Assembly: GCA_964035575.1 (NCBI GenBank)
Contig: OZ037838.1
Span: 992,001 to 1,056,000 of the forward strand
DNA length: 64,000 bases
Direction: 5' to 3'
Origin: Rhynchopus sp. YZ270_cl-10
Lineage: Eukaryota
Position numbers and translations under genes: made by a program. The notes under the pieces were generated by a model. The model saw only the letters and a program-made list of their open reading frames with translations, did not search any database and was not told the origin of the DNA. This document shows positions 10,479 through 23,000 of this stretch, in pieces. How positions within the stretch are numbered: position 1 is the first letter of the stretch; the number at the start of each line of letters is the position of its first letter.

Positions 10479-11603
10479 ATGATGGATGTGACCTTTGTGC
10501 TGGAAGAGTCAGGCGTGACTGCGACAGTGGAGGTGCCGTGCGAGGCGGACGTTGCAGCGGCAAAGGAGGTTGCGTGCGCGGCGCTTGCTGTCTCGCCTGC
10601 GTCTGTCGAGATGCGCATCGGCACGCAGGTGCTGGAGGGGACGTGCCGTCTGCAGGACACTGCGTTTGGTGCAGGGTTGCAGGTTGTGCTTGCCCGCCCT
10701 CGTTTTGCCGACATCAAGTGTCCTGGTGGGTACACTGCAAAGTCGCAAGCGACAACGTTCGCGCTGTCGCGTTGTGGAACGCTCTGCGTACATAGTTGCG
10801 AGACTGGTCATATTGGCGGCTTCGACACAGAAACCTTCGACACTGTCTTCTCGTTCATAGTGGACAATAAAGTATCCGGTGCGCCTGCCATCTCGCAGTG
10901 CAAGACACGCTGCTACCTGCCGTGTGGGGATCACCTTCTCGAGGTTGCGCTTCCGGGTGGGGAGGTGGTCCGCAAAGTCAAGGGCATCTCAGACGCAGTG
11001 TTCTCCTCTGGCGGTGTTATTGTTTCCCAAGGCATAAACCAAGGCGAAGAAGATGGCGTCTCTGTGTATGACGAAGACCTGACGTTGCTCCGCTCTCTCT
11101 CGCACAAGCGGTGCAGTGGGGTGGCAGTATCGGACTGTGGTGGGTGGGTGATCACCTCCTCCTTCGAGCGGAACGTACGTCTGTGGGATGTGAACACAGG
11201 TGAAGCTGTTGCATGTGTGCCATTGGAGGGGTACGGGAGCTTACGAGTGGCACTTTCGTAGTGTGCCTCTGTATTTGCTGTGGCGAGCTGTGGCACCGTG
11301 CACCGCGTGCACCTCTATGATTGGAGTGGTGCGGCTCTTCGCAGTGTTGATATGGATAAGGCTGTAGCGGGAATGCAGTTCACCCCGTGTGGGAAGTACC
11401 TTGTGGTGGGGGTGGTAATTTTTGATTATGTTAGGTTCGAAACGCTGCACCAGTTTGATGTGTCGACCATGTCCTGTGTGCATGTGATATCGTATAGCGC
11501 AGATGCGCCCTTTGCGATATCGCCGTGTTCACACGTTGTTGTGACTATGTCATATCCTGATTTCATTGCGACGAGACATCTGTACCCACACAACAGTGAG
11601 TGA
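10479..11603 (+). pseudogene. Ubl + beta-propeller copy 6 with one in-frame TAG (11259-11261)
   Basis: TAG replaces the Arg codon (usually CGG) of ALSRSAS. The reading frame continues unbroken to the family-typical end TRHLYPHNSE* at 11603. Confidence 0.8.
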
Positions 11604-11781
11604 TGTTTGGCCAAGGGAGGGGAGGGAAAGTAGTGATGCATTTGACCCTTTTCTCTTGTTTGCCTGCCACAGGTCGCCGGGTGTCAGGTCGCCCACCTCA
11701 CACGTGGGTTCGTTGTGGGTCGGAAACACAAACCTGCCACCGAGCAGTTGTGTCCCTTCCCCCTTCACACCACACGTACGG

Positions 11782-12074
11782 GCAAGCTGAGGTTTCTTTT
11801 CACATCTCCTGTGTATTTGCAGGGTATTTTCAAATTGCTTGTTTTGTCAGAGTTTGTTGAAACACGCATTTAACCCACCAACCTTCTTATTTGTTTTACC
11901 TTTTTCTACCTGTTTTTGAAGAAAAAGAAAATCGACCTTCCCCTTTCGCACCACAGTGCGAGCAAGCTGAGGTTTCTTTTCACATCTCCTGTGTATTTGC
12001 AGGGTATTTTCAAATTGCTTGTTTTGTCAGAGTTTGTTGAAACACGCATTTAACCCACCAACCTTCTTATTTGT
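11782..12074 (+). repeat. 113-bp direct duplication of the upstream module of copy 7 (11782-11894 and 11962-12074)
   Basis: gcaagctgaggtttcttttcacatctcc...aaccttcttatttgt is repeated identically with a 180-bp period. Confidence 0.85.
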
Positions 12075-12130
12075 CGTTGCGAAGTGACACCACCAACCAT
12101 CACATCAAACACAACAGACCCCTTAACAAT

Positions 12131-13234
12131 ATGATGGATGTGACCTTTGTGCTGGAAGAGTCAGGCGTGACTGCGACAGTGGAGGTGCCGTGCGAGGCGG
12201 ACGTTGCAGCGGCAAAGGAGGTTGCGTGCACGGCGCTTGCTGTCTCGCCTGCGTCTGTCGAGATGCGCATCGGCACGCAGGTGCTGGAGGGGACGTGCCG
12301 TCTGCAGGACACTGCGTTTGATGCAGGGGTGCAGGTTGTGCTTGCCCGCCGCTTTGCCGACATCAAGTGTCCTGCTGAGCACATCCAGCGCAAGTTGCAC
12401 AACTTCTCGCTGTCTCGTTGTGGAACGCTTTGTCTCTCTTTCCACAAGACTGGCGCTGCACGTATTGCCTGCGTAGGCTTTGACACAGAAACCTTCGACA
12501 CTGCCTTCACGTTTGACATAGAATGTGCTGGCTTCGGCTCGGGACCTGCCATCTCACGGTGCAAGACACGCTGCTACCTGGCGTGCGGCAAGAGGGAAGG
12601 CCTTCTTGAGGTTGCGCTTCCAGGTGGGGAGGTGCTCCGCAAAGTCGACGGCATCTCGAAGTCAGTGTTCGCGTGTGGCAATGTTGTTGTCTCGAAGGGC
12701 AAAGACGGCGTCTCTGTGTTTGATGAAGACCTGACGTTGCTCCGCTCTCTCTCGCAGGAAGCGTGCCTGGATGCGGCAGTGTCGGACTGTGGTGGGTGGG
12801 TGATCACCTCCTCTGAAATCGATAGCAACGCACGTCTGTGGGATGTGAACACAGGTGAAGCTGTGGCATGTGTGCCTGCGGGTTCGTGGTGTGCAGTGGC
12901 GCTTTCACGGTCTGCCTCTGTCTTTGCAGCGGGGGCAAACAACACCGTGCAGCTCTATGATTGGAGTGGTGAAGCTCTTCGCAGTGTTGCTGTAGGGGGC
13001 TTCGGGGAGATGCAGTTCACACCGTGTGGGAAGTACCTTGTGATACAAAGACATTGCAAAATATCTGTTGATGACTGGCACTTCGAGCTACACCAGTATG
13101 ATGTGACTAACATGTCCTGTGTGCGTGTGATACCAGAACCTTGCAATGCGTTTACGATATCACCGTGTTCACGTGTGGTTATGTTTGGGTCAGGAGAAAG
13201 TGCCCTTAGGACGAGGCATCTCTACCCCTACTGA
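12131..13234 (+). CDS. Ubl + beta-propeller protein, copy 7 (367 aa)
   Basis: Same architecture; last copy of array 1. Confidence 0.85.
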   Translation: MMDVTFVLEESGVTATVEVPCEADVAAAKEVACTALAVSPASVEMRIGTQVLEGTCRLQDTAFDAGVQVVLARRFADIKCPAEHIQRKLHNFSLSRCGTLCLSFHKTGAARIACVGFDTETFDTAFTFDIECAGFGSGPAISRCKTRCYLACGKREGLLEVALPGGEVLRKVDGISKSVFACGNVVVSKGKDGVSVFDEDLTLLRSLSQEACLDAAVSDCGGWVITSSEIDSNARLWDVNTGEAVACVPAGSWCAVALSRSASVFAAGANNTVQLYDWSGEALRSVAVGGFGEMQFTPCGKYLVIQRHCKISVDDWHFELHQYDVTNMSCVRVIPEPCNAFTISPCSRVVMFGSGESALRTRHLYPY

Positions 13235-13839
13235 GTACTGCGGTGTGTTGCTGTCGTGTGTTGCATCAGTATTTGCGTTGCACCCTCGACCTACTCCGTG
13301 ATCTGGGTGAGGAAGCGTTCCAACTTTTCAATCTCTCCTCCATTTTTCTATTCGCGATTTTTCCTACCCCTGTTTTTTTCAGATGTAAACCGGGTTTGGA
13401 GCCACGTCGCATTTCGGGGTCACACGCGTGTGGTGTGCGACCCCGCTTTGACCGCACAAACAAAGATCCTATCTTTTTTTCTTCTCCCGATTGTAAAGTT
13501 CGGTACTCTTTTTTTTACGTTATTATGCCAAAAACTTAAGACGACTTTAGTTTACAAAAGTTCTGATTTTCTCCATGATTTGCTCCTCTGTTTTCTTGCA
13601 TTCCATTTTGCAGTATGCAATACGTCTGGAAATGAAAGACGCGTTCTTCGGTCGCCCCGAGTCTTACCGTTTTCTCCCCCCTTTGTGCTCCACTTTGTTC
13701 ATATAAAAAGAAATTTATTTCTTTACTAATTCTAAAATCCCTCCCCCTTTGTGCTCCACCTCTCCCCCGTACTTCAGGACGCGGGTTTTCGGGGGGTTTT
13801 TCGGGACTTTTGGGGTTTGGAAAAAAAAAACCCCAAAAA

Positions 13840-13900
13840 GTGGAGATTGCACAACTGTGGCAACACTACCGAGGCAACTACACCACTCCAACAATTTATC
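13840..13900 (+). repeat. ~61-bp dispersed element (also 30625-30685, 34189-34250, 40793-40854)
   Basis: gtggagattgcacaactgtggcaacac..ccgaggcaactacac.actccaacaatttatc occurs 4 times in the same orientation, each followed by an A-rich run. Confidence 0.85.
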
Positions 13901-14349
13901 AAAAAAGCGGCTGCTTTCACCAAGGGGTTTTCAAACCACAAAATAAACTGTGTGATTTACCTGAAGTACAGACGAGGATGGATGCCATTAATATACAACA
14001 TATAAAGAAGGTGGTATTTCATTTTTGGGTGATCTATGAACGGGTGGAAGCGTGCAATGCAACAAACGGTCGAGATCTGATCAAGCGAAACGGATATATT
14101 TTCCACTAGCTCTCAGTAGCGTCTCACAGACTCTTCACAACACTCACTAACCCTCTCCTTTTCCCCTCTCTTTTTCATAATCATCTTTGTTAAAACCCAT
14201 CTCCTCTTGGTGGAAATTGCAGACAAACGGACCACAAAAACCAACCCCACACCTCATCTCCTCCTTTACAACACAAAGAATCCACACCAACACCACACCA
14301 ACAGACCACCTGCTCCTCTTCCTCCCCCTCCTCACCTTTGCTCCCGCCA

Positions 14350-16716
14350 ATGGATGGGGTGTCACCGTCGTCACACCCTTTGCGGCGCGCCGTGGCGAAT
14401 ATCACGAAGAAACTGCAGTCGCGGAACAGCTTCTCCGGCACCGTGCGCGCATTGGTTGCGAGCAACCGGGCACGCAACCTCCACGATGAAGTGGCACATG
14501 ACACAGAGGAGCTCCGGGTACTGCAGAACCAACTCCATGCCACCCCCACCGCACAGAGCGCGCCCCTCGAAGCCAAGATCGCATCCCTTACCGAACGCAT
14601 CCAAACCACCACCTCCCAGATCGACTCCTGCGGTACAAACCTAACCGGAACTGCAAAGGTGATGTTCCTCCACTCCACGAAGACGACCGAACTCCGTCCG
14701 ATCGACAAACTCCAAACCTTTGTCCTCACTCGAGGCAAGGAAAGCACGAAGTTCGCCATCCGCAATGTCGCGAAACGTGCCGCGCAAATGTCCCTCCGAC
14801 AGAAGCTCCGTGAGATCGACCGCATCCACCTCGAGAAGGAAGGGGAACGATCACGCCTTCAAAAAGAGCTGGCAAAATTGAAATCTGACATCTCCGAGGC
14901 GAAGACGGTGGTGGCAGGGCATTGCCCTTCTGGGGGGTACGACTGCAGTTTGCAGGAACGGAAGGCTGAGGTATACGTCCTCGAAGAGAGGTCTCGCAAC
15001 GTTCGAAGCGCGATAGCCACTCTTGACGCTGACTTCGCCGACCGCTACCCGCTCCTAACAGTGGAAGAGGAACGCATACATCGAGGCATGCAGGCCGCCA
15101 AACAAGATAAGCTTCGCAAAAAGGAGGAGGCAGTCTCCCGCCAAACCAAGCTGGACGCGCTTCACAAACGGCAACGAAGGCTGGCAAAAAAACGGCGCCC
15201 ACCCGACCCCTCAACCCGATCGACAACACGACCCCTCCCCTCCGATTCTTTGCACCTAAAACTCCAGTTTTTCGAGCAAATCTCCCTCCATAAAGAGCGG
15301 CTTGATGAGACACTGAGGGAATGGACCCAAAAATTTAGTCAAATTTTTGAAACGTTATCTCATTTAGCAGAGCTATTATCTGCCGATGATGCAGAACAAG
15401 AAGATTTACGACACCTTGCGTTACAGGTATGGGAGCATCTCGCAGGCATTCGAAGGGCCGCGAAGAAAGGAACAAAACGTTTCATCTCCGACGTACATCT
15501 CACACAACTGACACCAGCAGAGCGGGAGATACACCGGCAACGCTTTTCCCCGGCAGGGCACGTCAGAGCTGACGGATTCAATACACAAAATTTCAGCGAC
15601 AACATTTCGATCAGGGCGCAAACCTGCAAGCTCCTCGGCACTGCAACTAAAACACCAAACTCACCCCCCCGACACTCCGCGAACATTCTCTCCCCTACGG
15701 AAGTCTTGACCATGCAGCGCATCCTCTCACACAACACTGACACGAACACAGACAACGAGACAGATGAACATCCCGAAGACTTCTTCTACGCACCCTACCC
15801 CTCAATAATCGACGTAGATAGAGCACTCTTCGAGGCCTGCAGGTTCATAGGATTGTTGGAATGTCATTATACTGGGTTGATTGGCGTGGTGTTAAGCGCG
15901 GTGGTGGTATTATCAGAAGGAGTTGGAGTGCTTGATCGAGCAGAGGTGAGGGGAAAGGGAACGGTGGTGACAAGCGCGATTCTATGTATCGCGGGGGCTG
16001 TGTGTTTTCAAATGAGTCTCTCTGCAGGGAAGATGCGGAGTACACTATGTATCTTCGCAGGAAGCCGAAAGAAATCGGCAACACGGTGGGGGTGTCTTCA
16101 AGGAGCGCATTTAGGAAGGAGGGTGGCTTCGTCGCATCAGATTCTTCAGCCGGATACACCGCAGGCTGTTCGAAAAGACAGACAGATACCTCGGGAAATG
16201 CTGATATGGCATCCATCCTCTCCGCTGCCTCATGACCCACCAAAGAAAACGAAACGAAAAACAAACAAATTTTTGGTTTACAAAGCGCGACACCCAACAC
16301 CACTCAAAGAGTGGCGCCCAGTACTCTGCAGTGGGGGGCGGGAGAAGGTGTCCACAAAGGAGCATGTGGACATGATACCACTGGAGTTCGATCTGTCCCG
16401 ACCATATGTGTCAAGGAGTGTGGGGTTAAGGCTTATGCTCAGAGAAGGTGCCACCCATAGGGGCGTGCTGTCGCTTGCGTGGTGTGTTGATGATAGCATT
16501 GTGGTGCCCCGCATCACAACGCTGACTATCTCGGAAGGTAGTGTCCTCGTGTGTGTACCATCGGTGCAGGGGGGTAAGGGTAAAGGTAAAGGTAAAGGTA
16601 AAGGAAGAGAGACAGTGTTGCCAAGGCCGCTGGTTGGGGGAGAGGTGGCGCAGGTACGCAGTATGGCGGCGGCAGCTGGGGTCGCAGTGCGTAGTGTGGC
16701 TGCGACACCAAGTTAG
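14350..16716 (+). CDS. Hypothetical protein with N-terminal coiled-coil region (788 aa)
   Basis: Long uninterrupted ORF. First ATG follows a C/T-rich tract; charged heptad-like stretches in the first half. No family recognised. Confidence 0.6.
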   Translation: MDGVSPSSHPLRRAVANITKKLQSRNSFSGTVRALVASNRARNLHDEVAHDTEELRVLQNQLHATPTAQSAPLEAKIASLTERIQTTTSQIDSCGTNLTGTAKVMFLHSTKTTELRPIDKLQTFVLTRGKESTKFAIRNVAKRAAQMSLRQKLREIDRIHLEKEGERSRLQKELAKLKSDISEAKTVVAGHCPSGGYDCSLQERKAEVYVLEERSRNVRSAIATLDADFADRYPLLTVEEERIHRGMQAAKQDKLRKKEEAVSRQTKLDALHKRQRRLAKKRRPPDPSTRSTTRPLPSDSLHLKLQFFEQISLHKERLDETLREWTQKFSQIFETLSHLAELLSADDAEQEDLRHLALQVWEHLAGIRRAAKKGTKRFISDVHLTQLTPAEREIHRQRFSPAGHVRADGFNTQNFSDNISIRAQTCKLLGTATKTPNSPPRHSANILSPTEVLTMQRILSHNTDTNTDNETDEHPEDFFYAPYPSIIDVDRALFEACRFIGLLECHYTGLIGVVLSAVVVLSEGVGVLDRAEVRGKGTVVTSAILCIAGAVCFQMSLSAGKMRSTLCIFAGSRKKSATRWGCLQGAHLGRRVASSHQILQPDTPQAVRKDRQIPREMLIWHPSSPLPHDPPKKTKRKTNKFLVYKARHPTPLKEWRPVLCSGGREKVSTKEHVDMIPLEFDLSRPYVSRSVGLRLMLREGATHRGVLSLAWCVDDSIVVPRITTLTISEGSVLVCVPSVQGGKGKGKGKGKGRETVLPRPLVGGEVAQVRSMAAAAGVAVRSVAATPS

Positions 16717-17119
16717 GTGTTGAGGATGGAGGTTCTTTGTACGTTCAATGTGCTCTTCTTTTTCCCACAAACCTTCCTTCAACCTCTGTATGTTGAAGTG
16801 CGGTACGGACCATTCACGCCTCCCCACCCTTTGGATGTGCTTGACTGAGATGCGTTTGGGTTTCAATTTCTCTATCCCCACACTTTTTCTTCCCTTTTCT
16901 CCGGGTGGAGGCAGATTTCCATCTCCTCCACCCAAGGTTCTTCGATTGCGAACAGTCAAACACCCACACACTCTCTGTCTGAAAACGTTAAAAAAACACC
17001 CATATTCATTATTTTCATCCCCTCTCTCCCCCCTCCCTGCCTCCCTGCCTCCCTGCCTCCCTGCCTCTCACAATTTTAATCCCCTCCTCCTCCCCCTCAA
17101 AGATAACACAACCCACATA

Positions 17120-18154
17120 ATGGAATTGAGCGCGCTTCTTGGAGGAGGTGATGGTGCACCTGACTTGGGTGATGCATTGTCGTCCCGCACTAGCAAAGGC
17201 GACCTTGTCTTCTCGAAGCCTTTCGGGGACGCCACGAAGTGGCGCACCGAGACCGGCTTCGTCACTGCAACGGTGGTGTTCGATCCGTTCCTGCCGTGGA
17301 GCAGGGAGAACCTGCTGTGCAGCACGACGCCGAACTACATCCAGAACATCCGCAGACGTCTCGGCGAGCACCTCGTCGCTGACGACATGGTGCCACAGGG
17401 CGAGACATTGGAGCAACTCCGTTGGGCAAGCATCGCCAGCGCACTCCCCAACAAGACCCTCGACGAATACCTGCAGGAGAAGGACCCCGCCTCTGAGAAG
17501 GGCGAGAAGCGCCTTGCCGACTACATCCGCCTTCTCATGAAGAACGTCGACGCGCAGTACAAAGAGGACACCTCGCTGCACACCGCGCTGTCCGAGAAGG
17601 CCTTCGACTTCACTTACCACCTTGCCGTTGATATGTACCCCCAAGACAAAGACAACAAAGTTGCAACCAGCAGCGACGCAACCAGCCGTGACAAACGTGG
17701 TGTTCTTGTCTTCAACATTCAAGGGGAAGTTGATATTCCACTCAAATCAGGGAAGGCGAAGGTAGGCGTTGATGCGTTGGACCCTTCAGAAGAGCCGCAG
17801 CCCGCGAAGGCAGTGAAAGCAGCGAAGGTCGCGAAAGGGAAAAAGGCAAAGACCGCAGCGCCAGTCTCCGAGGACGATGGGTCAAAGGATGAAGCCGGCA
17901 AGCACCCCCTCCGCAAGCACCACAGCGCTGTCTCGAAGAAATACCAAAAGGAGCTCGAACAGCTCCTCGACCGTCTCGACCTCGACGAGGCCCGTCTCGA
18001 CGCAAGCCACTGCGAGTGGATCAAAAAATTCCCCAAAACTGCGGACAAATTTTTTGACCAGCTCAGCTCCTGGTTCGACGCTCTGCTTCAGCGAAAACAA
18101 GCCCAGCTTGAACGCGACGGTGAAGCCAGCGGAGCGCAGGGGCTGTACCTCTAA
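17120..18154 (+). CDS. Hypothetical protein (344 aa)
   Basis: ATG follows a polypyrimidine tract; strong C/G-ending codon bias; Lys/Ala-rich linker. No family recognised. Confidence 0.75.
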   Translation: MELSALLGGGDGAPDLGDALSSRTSKGDLVFSKPFGDATKWRTETGFVTATVVFDPFLPWSRENLLCSTTPNYIQNIRRRLGEHLVADDMVPQGETLEQLRWASIASALPNKTLDEYLQEKDPASEKGEKRLADYIRLLMKNVDAQYKEDTSLHTALSEKAFDFTYHLAVDMYPQDKDNKVATSSDATSRDKRGVLVFNIQGEVDIPLKSGKAKVGVDALDPSEEPQPAKAVKAAKVAKGKKAKTAAPVSEDDGSKDEAGKHPLRKHHSAVSKKYQKELEQLLDRLDLDEARLDASHCEWIKKFPKTADKFFDQLSSWFDALLQRKQAQLERDGEASGAQGLYL

Positions 18155-18313
18155 GCTGCCTCTTCCTTCTTCCTTCTTCCTTTCATTCAAAAAACGAAAA
18201 AAAAGGACGACGTGCGTCTATATCGGGCGACATTGAGTACAGATCCTGCAGGAGATTGTCCTCAACAAAAAAAATGCTATTTTTCAGTGAAGTCAGGATA
18301 TGTTTTTTTTTAC

Positions 18314-18356
18314 ATAAGGTGACTAAGCACGAGAGGCTTAGGATCATCTTATAAAC
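18314..18356 (+). repeat. ~40-bp dispersed hairpin element (also 190-228, 18602-18635, 30108-30150, 37734-37772, 40193-40231)
   Basis: (ataa)ggtgactaagcacgagaggcttaggatcatcttataaac, with stem ctaagc/gcttag; six co-oriented copies. Confidence 0.85.
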
Positions 18357-19518
18357 TTTTCTTTTTTTTAATCCTGTTTTTTTTTTTTGCAGATGCACCT
18401 TGAGAAGGAGGCTGAGGATCATCTTCGCAACCCCTTCTTTTGTTTTATTTCCCTCCTTCCAAAGGCGGCTTCGAAGAGCCCCAACATAGTTAGGTTTTGA
18501 TTCTCCTTTTTTGTTGATACATTTGGAACAGAGGAGCGTTTTGCCATTTTCATTATGCAAGCTTTACGTTCTCTCGTATCGTCCATTTCTTTTTTTAAAA
18601 AGGTGACTAAGCACGTGAGGCCTAGGTTCATCTTAGTAATTTTTTGTCGGGGGAATTGCTTTGGTTTGGGTTGGTTTGGTTTAATCCAGGATCTGGGTGG
18701 ACATTAGGACAGCCCCATCCAGGATAAACCAGTACGGTGTGTACTCCAGAATTTTATTTTTTCTTTTTTTATCTGTCTCATCCCTTCTTGGCACTGCATG
18801 TCGTGTGCAATGCTTGTTGGGTACAAAATCGACACTTTGCAACGTTGTTCACTTTTTTCCTCTAAGAACGTATTCAAAAGAAGAAGTGAAAGATGGAAAA
18901 TAAGACAAGTTCTTCCCGTTTTGACAGAATGACAACAAACACCCGGTTCTTTTTGTATAAGGTTGCTTAACAACCAGAGGCTTCGGTCATCTACAAACCC
19001 TTCATTTATCTGCTCAAATTAGCGACTCAGAGCTCCATTTTTGCCTCTCCCATACTGCGAAATGGGCAGAGGCAACTTTTCCACGTGCGCAGCAAGTCAA
19101 AGCGATGGTCGTTGTCAATGTGGCATGTCTTACAATAGGCCAGGAGTGATGCAAGCAGTCTGTGTTCGGAGGAGTCATTTTGGCCTTCCCATCTCTTCAG
19201 ATGCCTACATGGTTTCTGCAGTCGCTTTCGCCATCTCGACGTACCGTCTTCACGCTGATCCTGGGGACTATTTCTCTTGTTCTCGCTTCCTCCATACCAC
19301 CTCAGGTGGTACTGTGCAGTCTTCATCGCCAACTCAAACACCGCGCATGTCAACGTTTGCGGGTTTGACACCACAGACACGTACCCAAAGACGTCGGTCA
19401 CTGCAGCGAGCTGCGCTTTAAACATCGAGTTCTGGAAGTCGTTCCTCACACTGGGCACCTAAACACCCTGTGTTCGCAATGATCCCCGTTCATCCGATGA
19501 GTGGCGGGAGTAGCACAT

Positions 19519-19740
19519 ATGGTTCTTATACCAATTTGTCGGCGCGACGAAGGTGAACAAATAACAACAAATGGTTCTTATACCAATTTGTTGGAGTGGC
19601 GCAGGTGTAGAAGGGCAAAAAATGGTTCTTATACCATTTGTCGGCGTGACGAAGGTGAACAAATAACAAATGGTTCTTATACCAATTTGTTGGAGCGGCG
19701 AAGGTGTGTAAAATGGCAAAAAATGGTTCTTATACCAATG
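19519..19740. repeat. Degenerate ~50-bp tandem repeat, 5 copies of core atggttcttataccaat
   Basis: Cores at 19519, 19571, 19622, 19670 and 19723; the intervening sequences alternate between two related types. Confidence 0.85.
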
Positions 19741-20097
19741 TCCTCGTACGACGGAGAAGCGTCGTGACCGTGAGTATCAGATGTAAACCACAAAAATGGA
19801 TGTAGGACTGAATGGTTGGGTGTCCATCCCCGGTACAGCCGGCCTTTCCACCACCCACCACTCCAGGGTATTTTTTCTCCCCTCCTTTCCTCCTACCCCA
19901 CGGTTTTATTTTCTTTTGCCGTGCTTCGCACTTCACTTGCACCCTGTCACCTGGGGAACCGAACCGAACCGAATCCATTTCTCGACTCAAAAGGAACAGA
20001 AGCGCAAAACCCCCCACCCCTCACACCCCACCCCCATCCCCAACCTCTCCAACGGGGTGCTGACACAATGCGGAGATAGTGCGTGTTTCTATCCTAA

Positions 20098-23000
20098 ATG
20101 GCCGCACCCGAAATCGTTGCAGAATGGACTGCAGGCGGCAAGCGGACGAACCAAGTAGAGGCTTGCTTAGGTGACGTGCTGGAGGGGCTATGGAAGGTGT
20201 CGAAGGAGAACAGGAAGGAGATGGACTTGAGGGAGATGGAGGACTCCGACGGCTCTTCTGAGAGCGATGCGCCGTCTTCGCCGCAGGGCTGCACATCGGC
20301 AGGGTATGAAGATAAGATAACGCTGGTGCAGCTGAAGGCACTGCAACGGGTGTTCATCACTGATGATGGGAGGGAACGGTGTCTCAGCGAGCATGAGTTT
20401 GTGCATGGCTTTTCGAATGTGCTCGGCAGCATGCTCTCGAAGCGGAAGCTGCGCAAGTGGTTTTCGTACATCGATGCGCGAGGCACGCAGCGTGTCGACT
20501 GGAATGGGTTCAGTACCTATATATTGCTCGAAGCGCAGCAGCGTGTTCTGAAAGACTCTGTTCAGTCTGAATACGTCGGGCAGAGCAACCCGACTGCAAA
20601 GGACGTTGATGTGCACCACTCCGACATCATCACGCTGATCCTGGTGCACCCACGGAACGGAAGGTATGCTTTGTGGGTCATGGGGTCTTTTTGTCTGGAT
20701 TTGACTTCATTGTTGTGCATTGAGGATCTAAGACTGTTCTTCGTTGAGCAAGATGCGTTCAGTGTTATGTTTTTCTTTGTGCGCTTTTGAGGCGAAAGGT
20801 GTTGGCATTGTTTTGTTTCCGTTGTTTTGGTTTAAAACACCCTATTCTATTTCCACAGATACTACACCTTCTCGCGGGACGGTACAGTGAAGCTGTGGAG
20901 TGCTGCCGACCTGCAGCACGAACGTGTCCTATATAACGGCACCTCGTGGATCTCGGATGCGTGCTTCATGAAGGGCGCAAGCCGTATCATTCTGTGCTCT
21001 ACGGACCGGAAGCTGTGTGTGCTAGACTCCACCAGCGGGGAGATCCTGCGAGCCTTCGTCGGGCGCGCCCATGCTAAGCAGGATGTGCGAGAGTCGATGC
21101 ACCTCCGCAATCTACAGGACCGTCGGAAGTACGGCGTGGCACTGGACATGGAGAAGGCGTGGGGCGACGGCGCACCCGCTGCGAAACAGTGCAAGACGGA
21201 TAGGACCACTTCGTTTGCGGACTTCAAACAGCAGATGGAGCAGAGCCATAAGGACCGCACCAAGAAGCGCAAGATCGAAGTAACTGCACTGAAGGACCTG
21301 ACAGAGCCGCCAACGGCACTGGACTGCTTTGTGTCGGAGGCTGGGCAGGAGAGTGTACTGCTAGGACTCCGCAACGGGCGCATGCAGCTCTACAACCTGT
21401 CCTCCGCACTCTCGGGCACACGCACCGTGCTGCACCTCACATACGACTACCAGGCGCACGGCTCCAAAGCCGCCCCCTCCTCTGCAGCCGCCATCACAAA
21501 GATCCGCCTCTCCAAATACCTCCAGTCTGCCATCACGGGCTCCTGGGATGGTACCGTGCGCGTCACAAACCTAGATACAGGATCCGCAGTGCGCGAGCTC
21601 TGTGGCCACGCGAAGTCCGTCTTCTCTTTGGATTGGTCCGAAACACTAAAGGTAATAGCCACCTGCGGGACAGAACGCCACGTCTTGATATGGAACCCAT
21701 TCATCAAGAAACCTGTGTTTTCTTTGCAGGGACATACGGCAAGTTTGTTGCATGTTCAGTTCCATGATCAGGACAACCAGATTGTGACGGCGGGGTATGA
21801 CCGGTGTGTCAAGGTGTGGGATGTGCGGACATTCCGATGCATGCAGACGCTGTGGGATACGGGGCAGGGCACGCAGGGTGAGCACCGCCACCTGGCGCTG
21901 TCGTACGATGCAGGGCGGCACACCATTGTAACGGGCACGACGTATCCTTCTGCCTTCCCGATGCGCTCCACCTCTGCCCTGCGACCCACGACCACCTTCG
22001 AGGGGCACTCTGCACAGTGCCTGGGGCTCTTCGCGGCAGGCTCCCACGAGAGCAAGCCCCTCCTCGTCAGCGTCGATGCCGAGATGGTCGTCGTATGGGA
22101 GGCGTGGACGGGTGTGCGCCTCTTTGGCTTCAACGCTGTGCGCATGATGCCAGACACATCCACACGCATCACAGCCGTCGCAGTAGACGAGCCAAAACGC
22201 CGTCTCTTCACCGGTGCCCACGACGGCACGCTCATGCAGTGGAACTACATCAACGGGCAGCCCCTGGGTGACTTCGAGAAGACCTCCTCAGAGCAGGTCA
22301 AATGCCTCTGCCAATGCAGCGACAGGGGCACCCTCGCAACGGCCTTCGTGCTCTCCGCAGTGGGTGACAAACTCAACGGCTTTGCAGACGAACCAAAACC
22401 CACCGTCAAACAGCAGTCCACCTTCACAACAGACAAACAGCCGCACTCACCGCAGAACACCGAAGCCGGGGAGCCCAGCCCGCTTGCGATTCAGTGCGTA
22501 GGGAGGCTCGACCGCCGCGTCGCGCTGGGTCTGAACAACGGTGCGATCGTTGTATACAACGTGCAGACGCAGAACCAAGAGGGAAGTGTACTGCACTTCT
22601 CTCGCGTCCTTCAGCATCCACAGCTTCGGAGACGGGCGGAGCTGGAGCGTCTGCGGCGGAAGCCTTATCGGGTCGACGCGATTGTGTCGTTAAGTTCCCT
22701 CATCCCCGATGTGATTGCTGTGAGCACGAGCGACGGCTTCCTTGAGTTTTGGAACGTCCTGACAAAGCGCCTGGTACACCTCTGCCAGGTACGGTGCGCG
22801 CCTGCTGGGAGCGTGCAGGCACCACCTTCCCCTTCCCCTTCCCCTCGACCGCATACACCTGTCCCTACGTCACCACGACGTTCCCCACGCGCAGGCCCCG
22901 TGCGCAAGAAGAGCACCGTCTCCATTCTCCTGAAGGACCACGCAGCTGTGACACACCTCGCCACCAACACCACCCACAGCACGCTCATCGCCGGCACCGA

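Noticed and set aside
11259..11261. TAG reassignment or programmed readthrough
   Set aside because: TAG terminates other genes here (copy 5, copy 10, enoyl-CoA hydratase), so a nonsense mutation is simpler.
13840..13900. tRNA gene on the minus strand
   Set aside because: Too short, with no cloverleaf or canonical TTCG T-loop; only a weak A-box resemblance.
18314..18356. True SECIS element
   Set aside because: The helix above the GA quartet is only ~6 bp with no apical AA motif, and no upstream gene has an in-frame TGA.
19027..19458. 143-aa minus-strand ORF
   Set aside because: It runs opposite to all other genes, has no recognisable motif, and is short.
19519..19740. CRISPR array
   Set aside because: The spacers are related to each other (A-B-A-B), there are no cas genes, and the context is eukaryotic.
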